32,883 nucleotides of DNA, taken from IMG/VR virus record IMGVR_UViG_2802429220_000015; one strand, 5' to 3'. The notes beneath the pieces were generated by a model that was not told the DNA's origin, did no database searches, and was given only the letters and a program-made list of their open reading frames with translations. Shown here in pieces: positions 1 through 8,473 of the stretch; position 1 is the first letter of the stretch, and each line of letters opens with the position of its first letter. The stretch comes from a virus (lineage: Duplodnaviria > Heunggongvirae > Uroviricota > Caudoviricetes). The translations under genes and the position numbers were made by a program.

Positions 1-648
1 TTATGCTGATTTCTTGTTTACAGGCTTAGTTTCTTGCTCCGGTGTGACGGGAACGCGATCACCTGGTGTTCCAGCACAGAAAATAGCTTTGGCGCGGCGC
101 AAAATCTCTTTGTCATTTTCCTCATCGCCAGCTAATGCCATGCAAACAGCGTCTTTAAGCGATTGCCTGATGTTCAGGCTTTGAATGGCCTTCCTTTGTT
201 CCTCAAGTTCGCTATCGGCTTGCTTGGTTTGCCTGGTGGGTTGCTGTAGGCGTTCAAGGACTCCTTTGATGCCAATACAACACAGCATATCAATAAGACG
301 CTCTCTATCTTCTGGAGTAGCTCGCCTTAGTATTTCATCGACAATACTTGTGTTTGGGCGGTTAACGTCTTCTGTAGGCACCTTTTTTTCTATTATTGGA
401 TCACGATCGCCCTCACCGTAGACCAGCCATTCCAGTGATACATTCTCTAATTTTGCTATCGTAGCGACCACATTTAGGCCGGGAGTGGTGCCTTTCTCAA
501 AGTAGTTATTTATGGTCGAGTACGGCAACCCCCAGTCTGAGGTGGCTTTACGCAGACTCCTAGTGCCAACCAGTTGCTTGATTCTGTCCTGAATGCTTTC
601 TTTTCTATTCTGAGAAAAGGAAAAATCATCGGCGGTTTGTTTACTCAC
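1..648 (-). CDS. Prophage repressor with XRE-type helix-turn-helix, in the position of the Mu c repressor
   Basis: Only leftward gene, divergent from ner-A-B. Translation has an HTH-like segment (TRSLRKATSDWGLPYSTINNYFEKG...LNVVATIAKLENVSLEWL). Track ORF runs to a TTG at 663; I place the start at the GTG at 648 because GAGGAAAG sits just upstream on the coding strand. No S24 peptidase motif seen in the C-terminal part. Confidence 0.72.
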   Translation of the reverse strand: MSKQTADDFSFSQNRKESIQDRIKQLVGTRSLRKATSDWGLPYSTINNYFEKGTTPGLNVVATIAKLENVSLEWLVYGEGDRDPIIEKKVPTEDVNRPNTSIVDEILRRATPEDRERLIDMLCCIGIKGVLERLQQPTRQTKQADSELEEQRKAIQSLNIRQSLKDAVCMALAGDEENDKEILRRAKAIFCAGTPGDRVPVTPEQETKPVNKKSA

Positions 649-663
649 TTTCTTTCCTCTCAA

Positions 664-816
664 TCTATTGATTTACAACACATTTCTACAAAAAGACTTT
701 CTTTTCACCAAAGCAAGAAAAGAAAGCTTGTAATTTTCTATTTATGGATCAATACTTATATCCGAAGGGATAACACGGCGGTGTTATCCGCACGGATAAC
801 TTTTAAGGGTAACCTA
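664..816. promoter_or_regulatory. Divergent early promoter/operator region between repressor and ner, expected site of the Mu-type transposition enhancer
   Basis: AT-rich 153-bp intergenic stretch. Inverted repeat GGATAACAC-GGCG-GTGTTATCC at about 768..789 and a third GGATAAC half-site at about 794..800. In Mu the operators in this position double as the enhancer (established knowledge, not verified for this sequence). Confidence 0.55.
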
Positions 817-1053
817 ATGATGGTTAGAAATGAAGTAATGAACAAAGACTGGCACCGCGAGTACATCGTTGCCGCTGTGCACACCAAAGGTTTTACATTG
901 CGTGAACTTTCTGAACGCGCTGGTCTAAAAAAAGACTCTTTAAAAAATGCACTGTATCGCTCATGCCCTAAATATGAACGCATCATAGCCGATGCTATTG
1001 GTGTGGAACCTGCGGAGATCTGGCCAAGCCGGTATGCCAGTAAGGCGGCGTAA
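817..1053 (+). CDS. ner: Ner-like DNA-binding early regulator
   Basis: 78-aa product starting at the internal ATG of track ORF 574..1053 (MMVRNEVMNKDWHREYIVAAVHTKGFTLRELSERAGL...), resembling the Ner/Nlp family; lies directly upstream of the transposase and its stop overlaps the MuA start. Confidence 0.85.
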   Translation: MMVRNEVMNKDWHREYIVAAVHTKGFTLRELSERAGLKKDSLKNALYRSCPKYERIIADAIGVEPAEIWPSRYASKAA

Positions 1054-3095
1054 TGTTTTATTCAGCCAATGAGCTGGCCGGTCTTCCTGGTTTGCCCGGT
1101 ACAGTTCAGGGGGTGCGCTGGACGCTCAATCGGATCACAGATACGCACCCGGAATGGAAGCGCAAGCGCGAAGGCACCAAAGCATTCGAGTATCACATCG
1201 ACTGCCTGCCCGCTGAAGCGCAGAAAGTTTTACGTAAGCGCCTGACCCATCAGGTTCTGGAAGATGCACAACTGCCCGCCGTGGTTGAGCAGAAGGCAGT
1301 TAAAAACGTCGCCGTTCGCGATGAACTGGAAGTGATGGTCAAATGCCCGGAACTGGCATTACGCGAAGTCCAGGCACTGACCGACAAGCAAAAGGCCATT
1401 GCTGATGCGCGGATATTGCTGGCTACTGAAGTGCATAAACTGCGTGAATACGCCGGAATGACCAGGAAGGCCGCGTTAAAGCACATCGTTGATGGTGTGC
1501 GCATGGGGGCGTTGCCTGACCGCATTATCGAAGCAGCGAATACTGCAAATGCACGTCAGGGAAAGCGAACCGGTGTCAGCACCGGCAGCCTGGATAGCTG
1601 GTACTCCAGCTGGGTGATGGCGCGCGGTGATGCCAATCAGTTACTGGCGTTACTGGCTCCCGGTCATCATAAGGGAACACCGTGGGAGCAGGTCTGGTGG
1701 TTGAGCGATTTCTTTATGTTCTATCGCTCATGGAAGCGCCCGACCGTTGAATATGCGTATCGCGAGTTTTCAGCCTGGTGGCATGAGAAGCACGCGAACG
1801 ATGCGGGAATGCTGGCGGCACTGCCTTCCGTTCACGCAGTAAGACGGGTATTAAGCAGTGTCCCGGTGATTGTTAAGGAGCGTTTCCGCTCCACCGGTTC
1901 AGCCTGGCGTTCGCTCAATCCCTTTGTGCGACGCGACTGGAGCACATTACCGGTTAATGCGGTATGGGTCGGGGATGGTCACTGTATGAAACTGATGGCA
2001 TTCAGCCCTGCCACCGGGAATACATTCCGGCCAGAAGTGACGCTGGTTATGGATGCAGGACAACGCTTTATTGTGGGCTGGTCGCTGTCCCTGTCGGAGA
2101 ACGTGGTGGCCGTTGCTGATGCATTGCGTCATGGCATGTCACAACACGGAATACCGCTGATTTATTACTCCGATAACGGGGGCGGTGAAAAAAACCGGGT
2201 GCTTGATGCCGATATTACCGGGATTTTGCCCCGGCTGGGTGTGGAACATCACACGGGGATACCAGGTAACCCGCAGGGGCGCGGGGTAATAGAACGGGCA
2301 AACAAAGGAATACCCAAAGATGTGGCTCTGAGTTTCCAGACGTACTGCTCAAAAAATGCAGACAAGGAAACGGTGATGATGCAGCAACGCATCACACAGT
2401 CAGCCATTAAGGCCACCCACAAAGGGAAGGAGCTGACAAAGCGGCAGGTTAAAGCAATGGGAGAAGTCCCCACCTTTGAGCAATTGATGGCCGCAATAGA
2501 GCTGGAGGTAAAACGGTATAACAACCGCCCACACAGCAGCCTTCCCCGCAAAGAGGATGGCGAACATTACAGCCCGGCAGCGTATCGCCGGAAACTGATA
2601 AAAGAGCAGAAAGCTGAAATCGACATGCTGTCGCCGGAAGAACTTCACGAAATGTTCCGACCGGAAAGCATCTGCACAGTGCGACGCGGTGAAGTGGTGT
2701 TATTCAGAAACATCTATTTCTCCACAGAACTGGCAGCAGAGCACGGAAATGAAGTCAGGGTTTGTTACGACATTCACGACGCAAACAGCGTGATTGTCAG
2801 GCGGATGGACGGTTCTTATATCTGCGATGCCATCTGGAACGGTAACAAGGTTGATGCGTTCCCTAAAGCTGTTATCGAACAACAGCAGGAGAAACGCACC
2901 AGAGGCCGCATTGCACGGGCCGCGCAGAAAATCGAAGAGGCTAAACGCGAGCTTACTCCGGCTATTACGCAGAAACCTGACTTTAATTTTGGATTTGGTC
3001 TGGAGCGCCCGGAGAAAAAGGAAAAAGAAGAACTTTATTTATTCGCATCTGAACGCGAACGCAATTTAAAGAAAAACGGCACAAACAACCGTTAA
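1053..3095 (+). CDS. MuA-like DDE transposase
   Basis: 680-aa product; N-terminus MFYSANELAGLPGLPGTVQGVRWTLNR... is typical of Mu transposase A; size and position (after ner, before the B ATPase) match Mu. Confidence 0.93.
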   Translation: MFYSANELAGLPGLPGTVQGVRWTLNRITDTHPEWKRKREGTKAFEYHIDCLPAEAQKVLRKRLTHQVLEDAQLPAVVEQKAVKNVAVRDELEVMVKCPELALREVQALTDKQKAIADARILLATEVHKLREYAGMTRKAALKHIVDGVRMGALPDRIIEAANTANARQGKRTGVSTGSLDSWYSSWVMARGDANQLLALLAPGHHKGTPWEQVWWLSDFFMFYRSWKRPTVEYAYREFSAWWHEKHANDAGMLAALPSVHAVRRVLSSVPVIVKERFRSTGSAWRSLNPFVRRDWSTLPVNAVWVGDGHCMKLMAFSPATGNTFRPEVTLVMDAGQRFIVGWSLSLSENVVAVADALRHGMSQHGIPLIYYSDNGGGEKNRVLDADITGILPRLGVEHHTGIPGNPQGRGVIERANKGIPKDVALSFQTYCSKNADKETVMMQQRITQSAIKATHKGKELTKRQVKAMGEVPTFEQLMAAIELEVKRYNNRPHSSLPRKEDGEHYSPAAYRRKLIKEQKAEIDMLSPEELHEMFRPESICTVRRGEVVLFRNIYFSTELAAEHGNEVRVCYDIHDANSVIVRRMDGSYICDAIWNGNKVDAFPKAVIEQQQEKRTRGRIARAAQKIEEAKRELTPAITQKPDFNFGFGLERPEKKEKEELYLFASERERNLKKNGTNNR

Positions 3096-3113
3096 TTTAA
3101 AAGGTATTTAATT

Positions 3114-4007
3114 ATGAGTTTAATTACGCAATTAAATGACGTAATGGCCCGTCGCGGCTATACGCAGACCCACGTCGCCCGTGCTATTGGTCGTAGCAGC
3201 GCCGTTATCAGCCAGTATTTGCAGGGTAAATATCAGGGCGATATGTCTGATATTGAAGAACGCATTTCTGCCTTTGTGACCCGTGAGCGGGAAAAAGAAA
3301 ACAGCCGCCGTATTAAAGCAAAGTTTGTGACCACCGGTATGGCTGCCAAAGGACTGGAGGTGCTGGCCTACGCTCACCTGGAATGTGAAATCTGTGTGCT
3401 GTATGGCGCAGCAGGTCTTGGCAAAACAATGATTCTGCGTGAATACGCCGCCAGAAACCGGGATGCGGTCCTGATTGAAGCCGACCCGGGCTATACAGCC
3501 AGAACACTGCTTGAGGAGCTGTGCCGCCAGCTGGGGGTAAAAGTTCGCGGCAATATCCACGAACTGATTGATGCATGTGTGCGAGAACTGCGTGATTCCG
3601 GTCGTCTGCTGATGGTGGACGAGGCTGAACTGCTCCCCTATCGCGCACTGGAGGTTCTGCGCCGTCTGCATGACAAAGCGGGTATCGGGGTTGTTCTGGC
3701 GGGTATGCCTCGCCTTCTGATTAACCTCAAGGGGCGTCGTGGTGAGTTCGCCCAGTTATACAGCCGCGTGGCGCTGGCGCTTAACCTGGGCGATACGTTG
3801 TCGCAGGAAGATTTTAACCAGATAGCTACCGGGTTGATGCCGGAAGCAGCAGAGCCGGAAATCAGCGAGGCGCTTTATACACGTTCGCTGGGTAATGCCC
3901 GCCGTCTGTTCAAGCTGGCGCGTGGTGTGTACCGGATTTGTGATATCAGCGATGCGCCGGTCAGTGTGCAGGCCATTGATAAATTCGCAGAAATGTTAAT
4001 TCACTGA
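3114..4007 (+). CDS. MuB-like ATP-dependent target DNA activator (AAA+ ATPase)
   Basis: 297-aa product with N-terminal HTH-like segment and Walker A motif GAAGLGKT; immediately downstream of the transposase. Confidence 0.9.
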   Translation: MSLITQLNDVMARRGYTQTHVARAIGRSSAVISQYLQGKYQGDMSDIEERISAFVTREREKENSRRIKAKFVTTGMAAKGLEVLAYAHLECEICVLYGAAGLGKTMILREYAARNRDAVLIEADPGYTARTLLEELCRQLGVKVRGNIHELIDACVRELRDSGRLLMVDEAELLPYRALEVLRRLHDKAGIGVVLAGMPRLLINLKGRRGEFAQLYSRVALALNLGDTLSQEDFNQIATGLMPEAAEPEISEALYTRSLGNARRLFKLARGVYRICDISDAPVSVQAIDKFAEMLIH

Positions 4008-4246
4008 TGGAGAACAAGACGATGGACAAGCAGACCATTAACGCCGTCCGTTCCCGTGCCCGTGTGGCCATCCACACCACTGGTGGTCGTGTAACGGGAC
4101 AACATCACCGTTTACCTGTGGTTTATGCCTGCCCGCCCGTGGGTGGTCCTGTATGGCCGGTAACGGAAATCATCCAGACATTCAGCGGCCTGCGCCGCGT
4201 GGTTAAAACGTCCTGTATCGACGGCTGCACCGTCGTATGGCAATGA
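4007..4246 (+). CDS. Hypothetical early protein
   Basis: 79-aa ORF; start overlaps the MuB stop (TGATGG); no recognisable motif. Confidence 0.4.
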   Translation: MENKTMDKQTINAVRSRARVAIHTTGGRVTGQHHRLPVVYACPPVGGPVWPVTEIIQTFSGLRRVVKTSCIDGCTVVWQ

Positions 4247-4258
4247 GAGGAAATCAGA

Positions 4259-4474
4259 ATGGCGGTCAAGTTAGAAGTAATTATCTATACCGATGAAAAC
4301 GGTACGCTTCGTGTCAGGAGCATGGGGGCTGTTGATAAAAAAGGATTTACGGATGAAGAGGTCGGAGTAAGACAACGGTTATGGGAGGTAATGAATCAAA
4401 CTCTTAATAAAGAATTTAACGGCGTTGATTTATTTTCTGTTGGCGTGGAACCCTGCGCGCAAAACACACATTAA
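4259..4474 (+). CDS. Hypothetical early protein
   Basis: 71-aa ORF preceded by GAGAGGAAA Shine-Dalgarno-like sequence. Confidence 0.5.
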   Translation: MAVKLEVIIYTDENGTLRVRSMGAVDKKGFTDEEVGVRQRLWEVMNQTLNKEFNGVDLFSVGVEPCAQNTH

Positions 4475-4503
4475 TTTGTAAATATCACTGAGGTAATTTA
4501 ATT

Positions 4504-5148
4504 ATGACGACTGAAAATAAAGTTAAGCAATACACGAAAACTGAAGCGCCTGAAGGTTACTGGGTGGATGCCCGTGGCGTAATGACACCTGAAAGTCTTA
4601 TCAAAGATATTGACCGCGACCGTGAGCAGCTGGTCGGTGAGCTTGTGGAGATGGTGATTGCTGCCTCCGCCTCACTGCGTGAACTGAAACTGCGTGCGTT
4701 TGGTGATATTCAGGCGTTTATTGACCTGTCGGCGGAGAAATACGGCGCTGTGAAAGGCGGTAAAAAAGGGAATATCACGCTTTACAGCTTTGACGGGCGT
4801 TACAAGATTCAGCGCGCCATGCAGGACCGTATCGCGTTTGATGAACGCATTCAGACCGCGAAGTCGCTGATTGATGATTGCCTGGCTGACTGGACGGAAG
4901 GTGCACGTCCTGAAATAAAAGCCATCATCAGCGAAGCATTCAGCACGGACAAGGAAGGCAACATCAACACCGGGCGCGTTCTGGCTCTGCGTCGTCTCGA
5001 TATTACGGAGGAGCGCTGGGATAACGCCATGAAACTGATTGGTGAAGCCGTCCAGGTGGTTGGCAGCAAAAGCTATATCCGCGTGTATGAGCGCGTCGGT
5101 GATTCCGACGAATACCGCGCAATCCCGCTTGATATTGCAGGGGTTTAA
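4504..5148 (+). CDS. Conserved Mu-like early protein, possibly DUF3164 family
   Basis: 214-aa ORF with clean start; family assignment is from memory of Mu-like prophage early proteins, not from a search. Confidence 0.55.
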   Translation: MTTENKVKQYTKTEAPEGYWVDARGVMTPESLIKDIDRDREQLVGELVEMVIAASASLRELKLRAFGDIQAFIDLSAEKYGAVKGGKKGNITLYSFDGRYKIQRAMQDRIAFDERIQTAKSLIDDCLADWTEGARPEIKAIISEAFSTDKEGNINTGRVLALRRLDITEERWDNAMKLIGEAVQVVGSKSYIRVYERVGDSDEYRAIPLDIAGV

Positions 5149-5149
5149 C

Positions 5150-5383
5150 ATGCATCAGGATATCAAAGAGTACAGAGCCGGAAATAGTTGCGCGGCGTAT
5201 TCGCTGGGCGCGTCCAGAGCAGAACAACGCGGCGATTATGCCGAGGCTGAAAAGTTGTGGCGTAAGGCAGCGCAAAGCCCGTGTAGCACCCTGCGCCGCA
5301 TCTGGGCTGAACATCGTGCGGAGTTCTGCGCTAACGCTCACCTGAAGGGATGGAGGCCACGCCATGAATGCGAAGAACTTTAA
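5150..5383 (+). CDS. Hypothetical small protein (weak resemblance to PerC-like regulators)
   Basis: 77-aa product from the internal ATG of track ORF 5039..5383 (MHQDIKEYRAGNS...); segment GDYAEAEKLWRKAA loosely recalls PerC-family proteins. Confidence 0.4.
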   Translation: MHQDIKEYRAGNSCAAYSLGASRAEQRGDYAEAEKLWRKAAQSPCSTLRRIWAEHRAEFCANAHLKGWRPRHECEEL

Positions 5384-5555
5384 TAAGCAGTATCCGCCAG
5401 GGACTCGCTTCATGCACACGGCACATCCGGCGTTGCGCGGTGGCCGGGTGGTGAAAACCGTTGCACCGGCCAGAGATTTTAAATGTGGTTGTGTGGTTGA
5501 AATTAATGTCGAGCCTTATTTCGTAAAAGTCGAAACACTGAAAGCAGCGCATTAA
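5364..5555 (+). CDS. Hypothetical small protein
   Basis: 63-aa ORF overlapping the end of the previous gene. Confidence 0.4.
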   Translation: MNAKNFNKQYPPGTRFMHTAHPALRGGRVVKTVAPARDFKCGCVVEINVEPYFVKVETLKAAH

Positions 5556-5585
5556 TTTAATTCGTTTTTAATTGTTATTTAAAAC

Positions 5586-5623
5586 AGGCGTAAACCCGCC
5601 GGGGCTGGCTTACGCCTGAATCT
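5586..5623 (+). repeat. Intercistronic stem-loop element, copy 1 (GGCGTAAACCCGCCGGGGCTGGCTTACGCCTGAATCTG)
   Basis: 38-nt sequence identical to 6663..6700; stem GGCGTAA/TTACGCC, then CTGAATCTG, then RBS and the start of the 5630 gene. Confidence 0.8.
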
Positions 5624-5629
5624 GGAGAA

Positions 5630-6022
5630 ATGAAAATGAGCGTTACCGTTATCAATGAAATGCTTGGGTGTAAATTCGATAAGGTGTTTACGAATCAAAG
5701 CGCCGAACTTGTTTTTTGTGGTGAACGCCATGGGGATGGCTGGGGTGTTGTATTTACGTTTTTCCACTTTCAGGAATGTTGTGAAAACGTCTGGATTGAA
5801 GACATTGTTGGCGACCTGACAGACCTGGAAGGAGCTGTTCTCACCGAAGCGGAAGTTGTAACTGAATCCAGTGATACAGAAAACGGTAGCCAGACGTGGT
5901 CATTCTTTAAGTTCGGGACATCAAAAGGTTGTGTCGTTGTCAGATGGTGCGGTGAAAGTAATGGTTTTTATTCCGAGCGAGTTTCGCTGAAGCAGCAATT
6001 AACTGACGTTCTGGATTTTTAA
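5630..6022 (+). CDS. Hypothetical acidic, Cys/His-containing protein (accessory)
   Basis: 130-aa ORF; visibly more AT-rich than flanking genes; acidic stretch EDIVGDLTDLEGAVLTEAEVVTESSDTENG. By my base counting the ATG is at 5629 and there is a 1-nt mismatch with the track frame; track coordinates used. Confidence 0.55.
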   Translation: MKMSVTVINEMLGCKFDKVFTNQSAELVFCGERHGDGWGVVFTFFHFQECCENVWIEDIVGDLTDLEGAVLTEAEVVTESSDTENGSQTWSFFKFGTSKGCVVVRWCGESNGFYSERVSLKQQLTDVLDF

Positions 6023-6043
6023 TTCTTATTCATGACTTTTTAT

Positions 6044-6073
6044 GCCGCAGGTAAACAGGTCTGCGCCTGAATC
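6044..6073 (+). repeat. Intercistronic stem-loop element, degenerate copy (CGCAG-GTAAACAGGT-CTGCG + CCTGAATC)
   Basis: Shares GTAAAC in the loop region and CGCCTGAATC with the two 38-nt copies; followed by AAGAGGA and the ATG at 6088. Confidence 0.6.
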
Positions 6074-6087
6074 AAGAGGATTTGTAT

Positions 6088-6633
6088 ATGAAAGATAAAG
6101 TCTGGGATTTTATTGTTACTCCTGAAGGTTTTGCTACCCGTTCATCTGAGAAATTAACCAATGTAACGTTATGGGCGTCATCATTGCTGGGCCATCTGGG
6201 AGCACCTGCCGATTTTATGCATGTGGTACTTGATGCGCAGATTGCCGGAAATGCTGTGGCCAGTAAGGGGGCTTATATTCAGGGGGATTTGTTCGCCATG
6301 ATGGCGAATGACACAGCAGCGCTGTATATCGCCACACGGAACATGCTGACAAGAATATCCATGCTGTCTGACTGTAAGGATATGGAAGACCTCGCATACA
6401 TCCTTGAAGATGATTTGCTCACTATTTCAGGTGTGCAGGAATCCCTCCCGCGTCAGTTGCGGTTTATTGACCTGATGGAGTCATATAAAGATAAGCCTGA
6501 TTTTTTTCAGATTCGATTCAGTGGAATGGAACTGCTGGATGAATATTATCCGCTGGATTCGATTTCCCGTGATGTGAAGGCGTTCGTAAAGTCTGTTGAC
6601 CGCCATTACCGGAAAGCTGAACGTCGTAGTTAA
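6088..6633 (+). CDS. Hypothetical protein (accessory)
   Basis: Track ORF starts at a TTG at 6082; the ATG at 6088 has AAGAGGA 7 nt upstream. AT-rich relative to neighbours. Confidence 0.55.
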   Translation: MKDKVWDFIVTPEGFATRSSEKLTNVTLWASSLLGHLGAPADFMHVVLDAQIAGNAVASKGAYIQGDLFAMMANDTAALYIATRNMLTRISMLSDCKDMEDLAYILEDDLLTISGVQESLPRQLRFIDLMESYKDKPDFFQIRFSGMELLDEYYPLDSISRDVKAFVKSVDRHYRKAERRS

Positions 6634-6662
6634 TAAGTCTGTTTTTAATTTTGTTTGTATAT

Positions 6663-6700
6663 GGCGTAAACCCGCCGGGGCTGGCTTACGCCTGAATCTG
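6663..6700 (+). repeat. Intercistronic stem-loop element, copy 2
   Basis: Exact 38-nt repeat of 5586..5623; followed by GAGGGA and the ATG at 6712. Confidence 0.8.
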
Positions 6701-6711
6701 AGGGATTCATT

Positions 6712-7440
6712 ATGGAAAATAAAAGCAAATATATCGCCAGAATTAAAAAACTGTTACGCCTTGCCAGAGGAACATCAAGCCCGGAAGAAGCCGCTAACGC
6801 TATTGCAAAAGCCCAGGCTTATATGCGCCAGCATGGTATCAGCGAAAACGACGCGGAATTGTTCGACATTCAGGAAGCTGCCAGCGCGGGTGCGCCGAGT
6901 GATGCCAGTACACCGCCGCGTTATATGCACATCCTGTGTGACCTGGTATGTAAAGCCTTCGGTGTCGAGTGTTACATCTCCGGTGAATACCGGGCTTCTG
7001 GTTCACTCAAACGTTACGTTCGTTTTTATGGTCCTGACAGCCGCCCGGAAATTGCGGCCTACGCGTTTGATGTGCTTTCCCGTCAGATGATGGCAGAGCG
7101 TAATCAATATCAGGATAAACACTGTAAGCGTTGCAAACCATCCACGCGGGTGGCCCGTGGCGACCAGTTCTGCGAAGGCTGGGTCTTTGGTGCCCGTGAT
7201 GTCATTGCGGTGTATGACGTCTCCCCGGAAGAAAAAAGCCGCCTTGAGCTTTACAGAGAAAACCTGCACAGGACTAAAGTGCGGCGCGACGGGGATATGC
7301 GCACAGCTAAAGCGTGTCGGGGTGCAGAGTTTGCCGCTACTGCTGGTTTTATCGCCGGGAAAAATGCCAGGTTGCATCAGGGGGTTAATGGTCAGAGCAA
7401 CAGGCCGCTGGCGCTGGGAGGGGATAACGATGGCTTTTAA
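6712..7440 (+). CDS. Conserved early protein, possibly DUF2786-like
   Basis: 242-aa ORF; N-terminal segment KYIARIKKLLRLARGTSSPEEAANA recalls the DUF2786 N-terminal motif (from memory). Confidence 0.55.
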   Translation: MENKSKYIARIKKLLRLARGTSSPEEAANAIAKAQAYMRQHGISENDAELFDIQEAASAGAPSDASTPPRYMHILCDLVCKAFGVECYISGEYRASGSLKRYVRFYGPDSRPEIAAYAFDVLSRQMMAERNQYQDKHCKRCKPSTRVARGDQFCEGWVFGARDVIAVYDVSPEEKSRLELYRENLHRTKVRRDGDMRTAKACRGAEFAATAGFIAGKNARLHQGVNGQSNRPLALGGDNDGF

Positions 7441-7657
7441 ACTTCTCAGTGTCACCGAAGCAATATACCAGCCGCCCGGAGAACGCCACGAATACAGGAT
7501 GAATGACGGTAGCGCGGCGGTTGAGTTTCCCAAATATCCGGGGGCTTCCCGGTGGCGGTTCTATGACAGTGCGGGACGCCGGATTATTAAAAGAACCGTG
7601 CACAACGCCATGAAAGCCGCTGTAGAACGTCACAAAAGAAGGTTTAACTGCAAATGA
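7430..7657 (+). CDS. Hypothetical small protein
   Basis: 75-aa product from the internal ATG of track ORF 7157..7657; start overlaps the end of the previous gene. Confidence 0.45.
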   Translation: MAFKLLSVTEAIYQPPGERHEYRMNDGSAAVEFPKYPGASRWRFYDSAGRRIIKRTVHNAMKAAVERHKRRFNCK

Positions 7658-7884
7658 ATATTGAATTTTATGACTACGGAGTCACCTCAAAAATCATTGT
7701 TACCTGCTGGTTCTGGGAGTTCCGTCGCTATTGCCGGGTTGTGGATGCGGCGTTGTTTGTGGCTCCTGAAGTGCGCCACCAGAGTGGCGGTGGCCTTTTA
7801 ATGAAAACCGTCATCACCGGTAAAACGGTCCCGATGTTACGGGCGTTTAAAGTGGCAAAACAGGAGGCTTGCAATGGTCATTGA
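7654..7884 (+). CDS. Hypothetical small protein
   Basis: 76-aa ORF; ATGA start/stop overlap with the upstream gene. Confidence 0.45.
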   Translation: MNIEFYDYGVTSKIIVTCWFWEFRRYCRVVDAALFVAPEVRHQSGGGLLMKTVITGKTVPMLRAFKVAKQEACNGH

Positions 7885-8164
7885 TAAAACGATAACGATC
7901 GATGTAGCCATGAATACAGGTCTGGCGCTTATCGGTTATGGCTATATCACTTTTATGTCATTCAGGTGGTTGATTTCTTCGTTCTTTAAGCAATGTGAAA
8001 AACGTTGCCGCAAAGACAAGCGCGTGAAGGCACTAAATGCGTTTAATGACGCTTTTGATATTGACCGTATGCAACAGGGAGACCCGGCACGCGTAATTAC
8101 CCAGGGAGATGTCGTGATTTTGGTATACCGGAGTGAAAAAAATGAACAGGAGGCGGCGCAGTGA
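7874..8164 (+). CDS. Hypothetical small membrane protein
   Basis: 96-aa ORF with one hydrophobic segment (GLALIGYGYITFMSFRWLISSFF). Confidence 0.45.
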   Translation: MVIDKTITIDVAMNTGLALIGYGYITFMSFRWLISSFFKQCEKRCRKDKRVKALNAFNDAFDIDRMQQGDPARVITQGDVVILVYRSEKNEQEAAQ

Positions 8165-8469
8165 ACCAGCAAACCAGAATAAGCGATAAGAGCCTGACCA
8201 GACTGATTGCCGATGCTGACAAAATGCTTGATATGCGCGGACCGATTGTAGACAGAGAGTGGTGGATGCTTTTACGGCAGTCCCTGGTTGAACTTCAGGA
8301 ACGCCGGAGTGCTGGAATCATTCCAGTGACGCTGAGAGTAAAGGAGCATCAGGTCAGAGAGCTGGTTAATCAGTTACGAGATGTGGCAATCAAATACCAC
8401 GGAACGCAGCAATTACGGGAGCGTATTGCAACAACAGTCATTTATTCAGAACTGGTTTCAGGGGAATAA
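8161..8469 (+). CDS. Hypothetical protein
   Basis: 102-aa ORF with GTG start overlapping the upstream stop. Confidence 0.45.
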   Translation: MNQQTRISDKSLTRLIADADKMLDMRGPIVDREWWMLLRQSLVELQERRSAGIIPVTLRVKEHQVRELVNQLRDVAIKYHGTQQLRERIATTVIYSELVSGE

Positions 8470-8473
8470 TCAG

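Noticed and set aside
4672-5151. 159-aa ORF on the minus strand
   Set aside because: Fully overlaps the DUF3164-like gene in a region where all genes run rightward as one operon.
5629-5941. Apparent frameshift in gene 5630..6022
   Set aside because: By my manual base counting the ATG falls at 5629 and one extra C appears near 5941, but the ORF track gives a single uninterrupted 130-aa ORF; I attribute this to my own counting error rather than a real frameshift.
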